The notes beneath the pieces are model-generated. The model saw only the letters and a program-made list of their open reading frames with translations, made no database searches and was not told where the DNA came from. A program made the translations under genes and the position numbers. From an uncultured Acidobacteriota bacterium (GTDB taxonomy: Bacteria; Acidobacteriota; UBA6911), in contig CAWHCF010000042.1 in the NCBI GenBank assembly GCA_963827655.1, forward strand, positions 32,001 to 96,000: a stretch of DNA of 64,000 nucleotides, read 5' to 3'. Below, one piece after another: positions 43,417 to 52,670 of this stretch; positions within the stretch are counted from its first letter, which is position 1, and each line of letters opens with the position of its first letter.

Positions 43417-45921
43417 TCAAGGCCCGGTTTGCGGCAAGACCGCGGACAGCGAGGTTAGATCGTGGGTTCCAAACAGGGCAAAACCGGCGATTGCCCGGTC
43501 CGCCGACACCTTGACATAACCGCCCCGATGGCTTTGTCCCCGGATGCCCGGAAAATACTCGGTCAATAACCGTGATCTTCGCCCGCCCGCCGGAATTGTC
43601 TCGCGCGTCGCAGCAATCCGCGCACCCAGGCGGTCGAAGATTTCCACGAGGGCGCCGGCTGGGTTCTCGCTCGGATTGAGAATGGCGATACCGGTAAAGT
43701 AGGTTTCATCCGATGCTACCTGGCCGAACGTGAAGGATCCGTGCAAAGTCGAAACCAGCGGGAGCGCCGAAGAAAATGTAGCTCGGTCCGAATCACTAAA
43801 GACGACGGACCCGCTCAGCGCCAGTCCGTCACTCGTTATCTCGACATGCCCCTGGACCACGGACGATCCCGGATTCAAGAAGAAATTCTGGTCTGCTACC
43901 CAGAGCTTCCCTCTTGCAGGCAACGGCAGATCGGTTCGGGTTGCGATGGTCGTTCCGTCTTCGCCCGCCAATCGAAGCGTCACTTTACCCGCCCTCGGTT
44001 CGAGATTGACGATCGAGATCGCGCTGCGCCAGGAACCTCCGATCACGTACTGCGGCGCGTAGAGTTTCGAGCTTCCGCGGCTTGCATCCTGGCCGTTGAG
44101 ACACTGAATATAGCGGCCAGTCTTGCCCAGCAGCTCGAAAGGAACCACACCACTGTTGGAAGTACCCCGGATGTAGTCGGAACCCGCTGCAACTACGCCG
44201 GGGAAAAGCGTCGCGACGGTCGGCGCGAGCGCCCCGTTGGGATTAATGTGTTGAACGGCTGTCGAGCGGGGCAGACCGTCCGCCCTCACCAGATGCAACT
44301 CGACGGACGCCGCCCGGTCGCCCGGATTGACGAGATGGAGTTGCGTATACCCGACATCCTCGATCTCCGGCGCTATGAATGACGTCATCGTGGTACCCGA
44401 GGCGTCGGCGCCATCGAGAATCGAAAGAGTGCGGTCGAAAATGAGGAAAGAGGCGGCGGGCTGGCCTCCCGCGCTGTCGACCCGGCACCAGCCTGGCGGT
44501 TTTTTCTCCTCCAGGGCTATGCCGAAAAGCTCGTGATCGAGCAGTGAGACTTGAGCTCCGGACGGCAGTTCCCTGAAGCTCGGATTCTCGATGCCCGATC
44601 CGCGAATCCGCGCCCCGGCGCTGTCAAAAATCGTGAAAGCCAGCGACGACGTCGTGCTGCCCATATTCGTCAGCGCGATCCCCAGGTATTCGCCGTCATC
44701 GCCCTCCACATTCCCCAGTCGAGGGAAATAGATCGATGCCGGATTGGCCAGATCGGGATTAATGATGCGGTCCACGGTGCCATCTATGCCGACAACATAA
44801 ATCTCCCCTGCCTGGTCTTCTCCAAAGGAAGCTATTCTGCGGTCCGTTTTGAGAACAAGAGTCTGAACTCCTCTTTCCAGCAGAAAGATCTCTCCCGAGC
44901 AATAGTCCCCGAAGACATAGGATCCTGTGGGCAGGCTGAATTTTGCGCCGCGATAGACGTATCCTCCGGTGATCGAGCAACGATCGCCGGTGTGCCCGTA
45001 CTCGGCAATCGGCGGAATGAAGCCGCTCGGGTCACACGAGGTTGAATTGCATCGCGTCCCCTCGAAGATGTCCCAGCCATAGTTGCCGCCGAGCGAAACG
45101 ATGTCGATCTCTTCCATGTCAAACTGCCCCACATCCGCAGCGTAGAGTTCTCCGGTCTTCTGGTCGAAGGAGAACCGCCAGGGGTTCCGAAATCCGGAGG
45201 CAAAGATTTCATCCCGCCCGGGGATCGGGCCGAAATAAGGATTGTCCGGCGGAGACGAATACGGTTTATCGGGGCTCTCGGGCCGATCTACGTCGATGCG
45301 CGAAATCTTTCCCAGCAGGTGTCCCTTGTTCTGGACATGATCCGCCGGATCAGTCCAGCCGCCACCGTCGCCCATCCCGATATAGAGATACCCGTCCGCC
45401 CCGAACTCGATCATGCCGCCGTTGTGATTGGTAAACGGGTGCGGCACTGTGAGCAGAACGGCTTCGCCGGGCTGCGCGACATTGACATCCGAGGACGAAG
45501 CGCGGTATTCAGCCACGACAATCGCCCCATCCGGGCGGCGCGTATAGTACACAAAGAACCGCCGGTTGGCGGCAAACTGCGGGTGGAAGGCCAATCCCAG
45601 CAACCCTTGCTCACCGCCCGAGAGTACCTTCGAGCTGATGTCGAGAAACAACTCCGGCGTTTTCGCTCCCGGCTGAAGCAATTTGATGGTACCGGGCTGC
45701 TCGACGATAAAAAGCCGGTTACTGTTGTCACGCGCATGGGTGACGTACAGCGGTTCGGTCAGGCCCGTAGTCAGGACGGCTTCCAGGGCGATACGGGGGA
45801 GGGGCTCCTGCAAGTTCGGTGCGGCTGGCGCGTAACGCGCCCGATAAAGCCTCGGTAATGCGACGGTCCAGGTACCCAGGCAGATCAGGAGGAGCGCAGC
45901 TCGTGTGACGGTGCCGTTCAT
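43417..45921 (-). CDS. PQQ-dependent glucose/sorbosone dehydrogenase domain + uncharacterised C-terminal beta-rich domains
   Basis: GEQGLLGLAFHP, NHNGG..FG.DGYLYIGMGDGG, GFRNPWRFSFD, GGNYGW. Confidence 0.85.
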   Translation of the reverse strand: MNGTVTRAALLLICLGTWTVALPRLYRARYAPAAPNLQEPLPRIALEAVLTTGLTEPLYVTHARDNSNRLFIVEQPGTIKLLQPGAKTPELFLDISSKVLSGGEQGLLGLAFHPQFAANRRFFVYYTRRPDGAIVVAEYRASSSDVNVAQPGEAVLLTVPHPFTNHNGGMIEFGADGYLYIGMGDGGGWTDPADHVQNKGHLLGKISRIDVDRPESPDKPYSSPPDNPYFGPIPGRDEIFASGFRNPWRFSFDQKTGELYAADVGQFDMEEIDIVSLGGNYGWDIFEGTRCNSTSCDPSGFIPPIAEYGHTGDRCSITGGYVYRGAKFSLPTGSYVFGDYCSGEIFLLERGVQTLVLKTDRRIASFGEDQAGEIYVVGIDGTVDRIINPDLANPASIYFPRLGNVEGDDGEYLGIALTNMGSTTSSLAFTIFDSAGARIRGSGIENPSFRELPSGAQVSLLDHELFGIALEEKKPPGWCRVDSAGGQPAASFLIFDRTLSILDGADASGTTMTSFIAPEIEDVGYTQLHLVNPGDRAASVELHLVRADGLPRSTAVQHINPNGALAPTVATLFPGVVAAGSDYIRGTSNSGVVPFELLGKTGRYIQCLNGQDASRGSSKLYAPQYVIGGSWRSAISIVNLEPRAGKVTLRLAGEDGTTIATRTDLPLPARGKLWVADQNFFLNPGSSVVQGHVEITSDGLALSGSVVFSDSDRATFSSALPLVSTLHGSFTFGQVASDETYFTGIAILNPSENPAGALVEIFDRLGARIAATRETIPAGGRRSRLLTEYFPGIRGQSHRGGYVKVSADRAIAGFALFGTHDLTSLSAVLPQTGP

Positions 45922-45949
45922 AGCTCTCGTGTCCAGCCAGTCTTGCTGA

Positions 45950-46561
45950 TCAGGTTCCCACCGTGACCTGAATCGGAGCGCTGAGTTGGAGCTTGCCCCA
46001 CGCGATCGTCAGCTTCACGTCCTTCGGAGTCTCTTTGGCATAAGACAACGTGAGAGTCAGTTTTTCACTGCTTCCCTTTCCCTGCTCGACGGTCATCGGA
46101 ATTTCGAATTCAACCGGCGCGCGTTCAATCTGGAACGCGTCGAGGCGCGCGCTGCGGACCTTCGAAGGATCGATGAAGACCAGACTCCACGCCGCGCCGT
46201 CTGCCGATCGGCGCAGGCCAAGGTAATAGTAGCCCGCCGAGACATTCCTGGCGCCAATCTTCAGCGGCAGCTGAGTATCGAGAACCGTCCAGAAGTTGCT
46301 GCCGAGCCGCCATACTTTCCCCTTGGTCAATTGGTCAAACTTCGCAGGATCGTCGTAGTCCTTCTTCCAGGCAGGCCGACCGTAGTCAATCGCGAATTGT
46401 CCGTGAGCCGTATCCTGTCGCGGATTCCAGTACAGAACCCGAGCCAGGCCCCGCTCCTGCAGGCCTCCATCTTCTCCGATGAGGGCCGGCTTCTGCGCTT
46501 GAGCGTAAGCAACGGCCGGAACGAGAGAGAGAATTGCTATTGCCGAGACGAGACGTCGCAT
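45950..46561 (-). CDS. DUF2911-like secreted protein
   Basis: IDYGRP...GKVWRLGSN..T...L.IG...AG.Y; C-terminal L.IAW. Confidence 0.7.
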   Translation of the reverse strand: MRRLVSAIAILSLVPAVAYAQAQKPALIGEDGGLQERGLARVLYWNPRQDTAHGQFAIDYGRPAWKKDYDDPAKFDQLTKGKVWRLGSNFWTVLDTQLPLKIGARNVSAGYYYLGLRRSADGAAWSLVFIDPSKVRSARLDAFQIERAPVEFEIPMTVEQGKGSSEKLTLTLSYAKETPKDVKLTIAWGKLQLSAPIQVTVGT

Positions 46562-46623
46562 TATTTTCTCCTGAACGAACGGCTGAATAGCGAACATAAC
46601 CGAAAGGAACTTCACCCCGGGCG

Positions 46624-47094
46624 CTAGGACCGGACGCCGGCGGGTTTCTGGCTGCCACCGGCAATGACGTAGATAAACGATCCTATACCCCACAGGACAA
46701 TGGTGAAAACGATGGCGGCAATGGTGTGACCGGCGATATGTTCCCAGGGACTGAAGGCTCCGCCGTGAGCAGGATCCGTATAGTAAGTGTCGATTCCGCC
46801 GAAATCATCGATCAGGATGCCCGCAACGATGAACCCCAGCATCGAAAGCGAAAGCACCGCCGCGAACCCAAGAACGTCCCGATAGGTACCCGCTGTGCGA
46901 ATGACTCTCATGGTGTAGATAAGCATCAGAATGGGCTGCACAATGGTCACGCTGGCGAACAACGTCCCTTTTTCATAAGGGATGCCGAAGACCGGCTTGA
47001 GCAAAAAGCGGATCAGTGACACCACAAAGAGCAGAGCGATCCCGAATTGGGCCTCCTTCGCGTACGCTATGAACGGCTTGTCGAGAATCTTCAT
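46624..47094 (-). CDS. Hypothetical membrane protein (about 4 TM)
   Basis: Four hydrophobic stretches; GAGGAG RBS. Confidence 0.65.
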   Translation of the reverse strand: MKILDKPFIAYAKEAQFGIALLFVVSLIRFLLKPVFGIPYEKGTLFASVTIVQPILMLIYTMRVIRTAGTYRDVLGFAAVLSLSMLGFIVAGILIDDFGGIDTYYTDPAHGGAFSPWEHIAGHTIAAIVFTIVLWGIGSFIYVIAGGSQKPAGVRS

Positions 47095-47260
47095 GGCTTC
47101 TCTCCTCAAGCCAGGGGCGCGCCTCGGGGTAGCCCGCGGGATTTGGCCCCGGTTGACATGAGTCGAATGCTACCGCCACACTCTCGGCGCTTGCAATTGT
47201 TTTTGGAGTTTCTTTAAAGGCGCGAATTCAGTCGTGAGTCAATCGATGATGCAGAATTTC

Positions 47261-47292
47261 AATCCGCAATCCGCAATCTGCAATCCGCAATC
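47261..47292. repeat. Heptamer tandem repeat (AATCCGC)n
   Basis: aatccgc aatccgc aatctgc aatccgc aatc directly after the HEAT gene stop. Confidence 0.85.
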
Positions 47293-47295
47293 GGT

Positions 47296-48400
47296 TCAGC
47301 GGGTGAGGATTTCTTCGAAGAATGCGAGGGCGCGCGCGTCTTTCGATTGGCCCAGCCAGAAGATGGCCTGCCGCCGAACGGCCGGATTTCGATTGGTGCG
47401 GGCAACCTGGATCAGCAGTGGTATTCCTTCGTCTCTGGGAAGCTGGCTCAACGCAAAAACCGCTTTTTTCTTTACCTCGGTTTCAGGATCCATTTCGATG
47501 GCTTCGGTGATCGCCTCCGCCGCCCTCTTCCCGGCCCGTTGACCGAGCCAGAACAAGGCCTGTCCGCGAACGCGGCTGCTCCTGTCATTGCGCGCGGTTT
47601 CGATCATGCTCGTCAGAGCCTCCGGCTCCTTGCTCTGAGACAGGGCGAAAACGATTTTTTCGCGCACCCGATCGCTCGGATCTCTGTCCAACGCCTGGCG
47701 GAGGATTTCGTATCCGCGCCGTCCGCGCGCGTTGCCCAACCAGAAGGCAGCGCGTTCCCGCAGTGATTCGGGCTGACCGGCGGCCATGAATTGTTCAAGG
47801 GTCCGATCCGCCGCGGGCCCGTTGTGGAATGCGATTGCCGTGACCGCCGAATCACTCAGCCGCCGGCCCTCCTTTTCAAGGAGGGTGGCAAAGGAGCTGA
47901 GCCACGCGATGCTCTCGTCCGGACCAACGCCCGTGAGCCAGTGAAAAGCCAGGCCGCCGGCATCCAGCTCGCATTCTTCGGAGAAGGAACGAATCTTGTC
48001 TACCCGGCCCTGCTCGATGCGATAGAGCACGAGAAGCTGCCGGCCGCCTTCCAGCCTTACGGGTCCTGGAACCCGCGTGGAGCTGTCGGATTTCCCTCCT
48101 TCGAGCCGGCATCCGCCGCAGCACCCTGAAGAGCAGCACATCTGGTGCTCACCGGGAATTTTGGGGACGCTGTATCCCACCCACGCCGGCTCCTGGCCGG
48201 CGGCGAGCAAGGAGCGAAATTCCCGCTCCAGGCCGGCAGCGGCGGACCGGGTCTGAAGCTTTGCATTCGCGAGCCGCGGCTCCTGCGCAAGCATCGAACC
48301 TGCGCTTGCGACGGTTGTCGGGTCTAGCAATTCCAAAAGCAAAAGCCACCACTAAGACACGAAGACACCAAGAAACACGAAGCAACGAGCACGGATTCAT
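47296..48400 (-). CDS. Secreted HEAT-repeat protein; probable start ATG 48400 with +1 frameshift ~48320
   Basis: RERAAFWLG, REKIVFALSQ, RGQALFWLGQ repeats; ATGA overlap with upstream gene at 48397-48400. Confidence 0.8.
48345..48382 (+). repeat. Family R1 arm inside the predicted 5' coding region of the HEAT gene
   Basis: ccaccactaag-acacgaag-acaccaag-aaacacgaag. Confidence 0.8.
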
Positions 48401-49669
48401 TTCTTCAAGATCTCCATGAGGTAATCGACTGCTTCCTTCGATCTCATAAGCGATAGTTTGCCCACGATTTCTTTCTTCAATTCCATGTCGGTCTCTTTTT
48501 TTGCCAGGCTTATGAGGGCTGACGCATTGCCCTGGATGAAGAGGCCCTGAATCACCGCCTTCCGAACCGCCGTATCCTTCTCGGCTTCATACAGTGACAC
48601 CAGCGTGTCGCCGGTCCTGCGTTGAGCCCATGATTCCCAGGTTGCGGATCGCCGCCAGCCGCAGCTTGGGTTCTTTTTCACTTCGGGCCACCTCGATCAG
48701 ACGCTCGGCGTTGCCGCTGATGAACATCGAATGCAGTATCTTCTCCTTGACCTCGACCGAACTCTCGGCCTGGTAAAGCTCCGATAACTCGGTGCGCGCG
48801 CCCATGACTCCGAGCTGGTGGATGGCTTCGGCGCGTAACTCGGGGCTGGCTTCCCCCTTGGCGGCCGCCAGCAGTCTCTCGCGATCGCCGGAGACCATGA
48901 AACTGTGCAGGATTCTCCGCTTCACCTCTCTATCGGAGGACGACGCATAGATCTCCGCCAGCAACTGGCGATTTTCCTTGTTTCCATAGATACCGAGGTA
49001 GTTCAACGCCTTCATCTGCAGATCGGGATTGGAACTTCCCCGGGCAAACTGGGCCACCACCTCTCGGGCGCGGGGAGAGTTGCTCTGAGTGAGCACAAAC
49101 AAGGCGCGCTCTTTCAGCTTGGGCGACTGATTTCCCTGCAGGAGTTTCTCCAGCATCGGGACGGCGCGTTCGGCGTCGGTGTTTAGCAGTGCGTTGATGG
49201 CGATTAACTTGAGTTCCTCGTCTGATTCACCTTCGGGCGCAACGGGTTGACCCGAGGCTTGCCGGATCTCGACTTCGAGCACTTTGGCCTCATTCAGCCA
49301 GCGGCTGCTGGGAAAGTCCTTCATGAGCTGGCCCAGCGTGGTCAGCGCTTCCGCCCTCTGCCCCTGCTTGTTCTGGGCGTAGGCTTTCCAATAGAGCGCT
49401 CCGTCGACGCGGCGTCCCCCCAGCTTGACGGCCTCGCTGAAGGCTTCGACGGCACGGTCCCAACGATTTTCTTGCAATGCGCTCGTGCCGCGTTCGTAAT
49501 ACCTGTCCTCTTGCGAGTCTTGCTCGAAATCGAATGGCATGAAAAGCGCCGCCGCAAACGCCGGATTGGCGGGAAACGCCGGGGCTTCCGCCCGCGCATC
49601 CGTCACCATATCCTGGGCGGGCAAGGCCGCGACCACGAGAAGAGTGAGTGTCTTTTCCATCCAGTTCAT
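48397..49669 (-). CDS. Secreted TPR + HEAT-repeat protein; +1 frameshift ~48618
   Basis: ALYWKAYAQ...FPSSRW (TPR-like); LKERALFVL, LRAEAIHQLG repeats; joins ORF 48397-48681. Confidence 0.8.
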
Positions 49670-49682
49670 TGATTGCTCCAGC

Positions 49683-50438
49683 TCATAGAGTTCTCCGGGC
49701 AAGCTCGCGGATAGCTGCTTGTTCGCGCTCCCGCACCTGCGAACCGATAACTCGGACCTTGAAGATGATTTCCCCTTCGGCAATCCTGCGGCGGATCTGA
49801 TTGAAATCCGCGGCCGAAATTGTTGAGGGACTGTTGGCAACCTCGAGCAAAACCCGCTCCAACTCCTCGAGCACGGTCGCAAGAGCCACTTCGCCTGCGC
49901 CGGCAGCGGCCTGACGGTAAATGCGATTGGAGGTAATCAGGTCTCGCACTCGAGACTGCTGATCGCCAATGTCGAGGGTCAACTCGAAGTCGGCGTTGAC
50001 AAACTCGATCAAAGCCATCTGCGAACGCTCCAGGTGTTCGCCCACCTCAAATAGCAGAATTCGATGGCGGACTTGCTCCGATACAAGCTGGGGCGGCGCG
50101 ACCTCCGGTCTGGACCAAAAGCGCCCGATCAGGAAGGCCAGCACGATGAGGGCCGCCACCGATGCCACCGCAACCCATCGGGAAGGCTGCAGGAAAGCCC
50201 GCCAGCGGTAGCCGGAGCGCTCCGGGAGCCTGGACCGCAGTCGCTGCCATACCTCGGCTCCGTAACCTTCCGTCCGCTCCGGGACTTTTACTCTATCCAG
50301 AATGCCCAGGGCGTCGCGCAGACTCTGATAATTGGCCCGGCAGGAATTGCAGGAAGCCACGTGCTCCCGGATACCGGGCAAGTCGTCCGCCTCTCCGTAG
50401 TGGTAAAGGACCAGCTGTTCTTCGCTGAGATGTTTCAT
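49683..50438 (-). CDS. Zinc-finger (HxxxCxxC) transmembrane anti-sigma factor
   Basis: HLSEEQL..Y.YGE...HVASCNSC; one TM; ATGA overlap with sigma gene. Confidence 0.85.
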   Translation of the reverse strand: MKHLSEEQLVLYHYGEADDLPGIREHVASCNSCRANYQSLRDALGILDRVKVPERTEGYGAEVWQRLRSRLPERSGYRWRAFLQPSRWVAVASVAALIVLAFLIGRFWSRPEVAPPQLVSEQVRHRILLFEVGEHLERSQMALIEFVNADFELTLDIGDQQSRVRDLITSNRIYRQAAAGAGEVALATVLEELERVLLEVANSPSTISAADFNQIRRRIAEGEIIFKVRVIGSQVREREQAAIRELARRTL

Positions 50439-51022
50439 GTTCGTATAACACTCATGACCGGCTCGAGCGCCCGGCGCATCTTGCGCACCGCGCGAAATAT
50501 GCTGTGTTTGGTAGCGTTGGCGCGCAGTCCGAGCGCGCGCCCCACCTCTCGAATCGACATTCCTTCGAAGTGACGCAGCACGAACGCCGATCGCTCCATC
50601 GGACTCAGGCATTCCAGTGCCGAGAGCACGATTTCCTGAAGTTCCGCGGCATAGACCTCGCGGTCAGGCCCCGGCACACTGCCGACCAGCGAGGGCATGT
50701 TACCCGCCTGTTCCGGATCCATCGGGTCGCGGCGATCCTCGTGCCGCCGCCGGCTGCGCATCAAGTCCAATGAACAGTTAACGCCGATACGATAGAGCCA
50801 CGTCCCAAAGTTTGCGCGCGCCTCAAATCGATTCAATTGACGGTAAGCTCGCAGGAATGTCTCCTGAACCACGTCCTCAGCGTCTGATTCGCTCCCGGTC
50901 ATCCGGTACGCCAGTCGGAAGATGCTGCGGCTGTGACGTTCTACGAGCGCGCGAAAGGCCTCATCGTCGCCGGCGCGCGCCCGAGACACAACAGCTGCAT
51001 CAAATTCCTCCATCGTTTCCAT
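50435..51022 (-). CDS. ECF RNA polymerase sigma factor
   Basis: DAEDVVQETFLRAY, FGTWLYRI, LSPMERSAFVLRHFEGMSIREV. Confidence 0.92.
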   Translation of the reverse strand: METMEEFDAAVVSRARAGDDEAFRALVERHSRSIFRLAYRMTGSESDAEDVVQETFLRAYRQLNRFEARANFGTWLYRIGVNCSLDLMRSRRRHEDRRDPMDPEQAGNMPSLVGSVPGPDREVYAAELQEIVLSALECLSPMERSAFVLRHFEGMSIREVGRALGLRANATKHSIFRAVRKMRRALEPVMSVIRT

Positions 51023-51085
51023 TAGACGGTTCGGGTCCGTTCCGGTTAGTCTCCGATGCAAAGAATCTTATTATCGTCGATTTCC

Positions 51086-51170
51086 CACCCCAAGACGCAA
51101 AGACCCGGCGCGGCCTTCAGCTGCAACCAAAGTCTTAGTGTTTCTTCGTGTCTTCGTGTCTTTGTGGTTA
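51086..51170. repeat. Family R1 arms
   Basis: caccccaagacgcaaagac...tcttagtgtttcttcgtgtcttcgtgtctttgtggtta. Confidence 0.75.
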
Positions 51171-51348
51171 GCGCCGCGAAGCCGCGGCAAAAACGCGATT
51201 CTTTCGTGGATAAGGGTTGAGCTTTCGCGTTCGTTATCTCATGATACAAGTGATTTCTCTGTGCTCGATACTCAGAGAAAATTAGATCGATGAAAAGATT
51301 GCGACTCGCACTGATTATGGTAACGTTCTTTCTGGACCAAGAAGAGAC

Positions 51349-52317
51349 ATGATCGGCGAGGAAATCGGCGGGTACACAATTCTGGAGAATCTCGGCACCG
51401 GGACTATGGGAACGGTGTACAAGGCCGAAGATCTTGCAACCCATCGCGTGGTAGCCGTAAAGGTTGTCCGGTCTCAAGTCCTGTATGACCGTGAAAAGCG
51501 GGAGCGATTTCTGCAGGGGCTACTGGCCGCGGCCGAGTTGAAGCACGACAAGATCTGCCCGATTCTGGAAATTGGTGATGAGGATGACGACTTCTATGTG
51601 GCCATGCCCTTTCTCAAAGGGACGACGCTCAAACAACAGATTGAGCGCAAGCGTTTGAACTGGGAACAGGCCCTCGAAATCGCGCTTGCCGTAGGAGAAG
51701 CTCTCGCCGTGGGACATGCCGGCGGAGCCGTGCATCGAGGGTTAAAACCGGCCAACGTCTGGCTAAGAAGCGATGGCACGGTGCTGGTGACCGACTTCAA
51801 CATGGCTCGGTTCACCGAAATCGATCGGCAGACAGGGTCGAAGGTGAAGAGCGATTTCGCGGACACGGTCATTCCAATGGCCGCCCTTGCCTACATGTCG
51901 CCCGAACAGATCAGAGGGGATCCCGTAGATTATCGAACGGACATTTTTTCTTTCGGCGTAGTCCTTTACGAAATGCTCTCGGGGCATCACCCTTTTGAAT
52001 CCCGGAACTCGCTCTCGAGAATGAGCGCGATCTTGAATGAAAATCCCTCTCTGGTGAGTGCCAGGGGCCGGCCGGTCCCGGCCGAGTTAGATCCGATTCT
52101 CGACAAGGTGCTCGCGAAATCTCCACAGAATCGCTATCAGAGCATTGATGACTTGCTGCCTGAGCTTCGACGCATTCGGGAGCAGAGCTCCGTACCTGCC
52201 GCTCAACACTCACATTCTCCGCGCAATCCAGAGGAGCAGCCCCCGGCATACGCGGCTTACGTCTTGCTGGCAGCGGTTCTGATATTGCTCGGCATCGTCG
52301 CTTACCTTCTTCTGTAG
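51349..52317 (+). CDS. Hanks-type Ser/Thr kinase-like protein, probable pseudokinase, C-terminal TM anchor
   Basis: LGTGTMGTVY, VAVK and YMSPEQ present, but HRGLKPAN and DFN replace HRD and DFG. Confidence 0.85.
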   Translation: MIGEEIGGYTILENLGTGTMGTVYKAEDLATHRVVAVKVVRSQVLYDREKRERFLQGLLAAAELKHDKICPILEIGDEDDDFYVAMPFLKGTTLKQQIERKRLNWEQALEIALAVGEALAVGHAGGAVHRGLKPANVWLRSDGTVLVTDFNMARFTEIDRQTGSKVKSDFADTVIPMAALAYMSPEQIRGDPVDYRTDIFSFGVVLYEMLSGHHPFESRNSLSRMSAILNENPSLVSARGRPVPAELDPILDKVLAKSPQNRYQSIDDLLPELRRIREQSSVPAAQHSHSPRNPEEQPPAYAAYVLLAAVLILLGIVAYLLL

Positions 52318-52335
52318 CTCTTGCGCTACTCCTCA

Positions 52336-52424
52336 TTTCAGTGTTTCTTCGTGTCTTTGTGGTTAGAGCTGTCTAACAAATACCACGAAGACTCAAAGAC
52401 ACGAAGAAACACCAAGAATCTTGG
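52336..52424. repeat. Family R1 repeat, complete palindrome with core
   Basis: gtgtttcttcgtgtctttgtg-GTTAGAGCTGTCTAAC-aaat-accacgaagactcaaagacacgaagaaacaccaagaatc. Confidence 0.9.
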
Positions 52425-52447
52425 TTTCTACCTGCTAGAATTGGCTG

Positions 52448-52645
52448 ATGATCAAGTTTCTGCTCTGGTGCATCTTGCTGGTTCTGTGTTGGCCGCTGGC
52501 TCTGCTGGCGTTGATCTTGTACCCGATCGTTTGGCTTCTCTTGCTCCCATTTCGCCTCATCGGCATTGCCGTCGGAGGCGTTCTCGAGTTCATCGGAGCT
52601 GTCATCACACTGCCGGCGAGACTCTTGAAGAAGTCGGTTGCTTGA
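52448..52645 (+). CDS. Small hydrophobic membrane protein
   Basis: 65 aa, LLVLCWPLALLALILYPIVWLLLLPFR. Confidence 0.6.
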   Translation: MIKFLLWCILLVLCWPLALLALILYPIVWLLLLPFRLIGIAVGGVLEFIGAVITLPARLLKKSVA

Positions 52646-52670
52646 GATTTACAGGACATCATCCAGTCAC

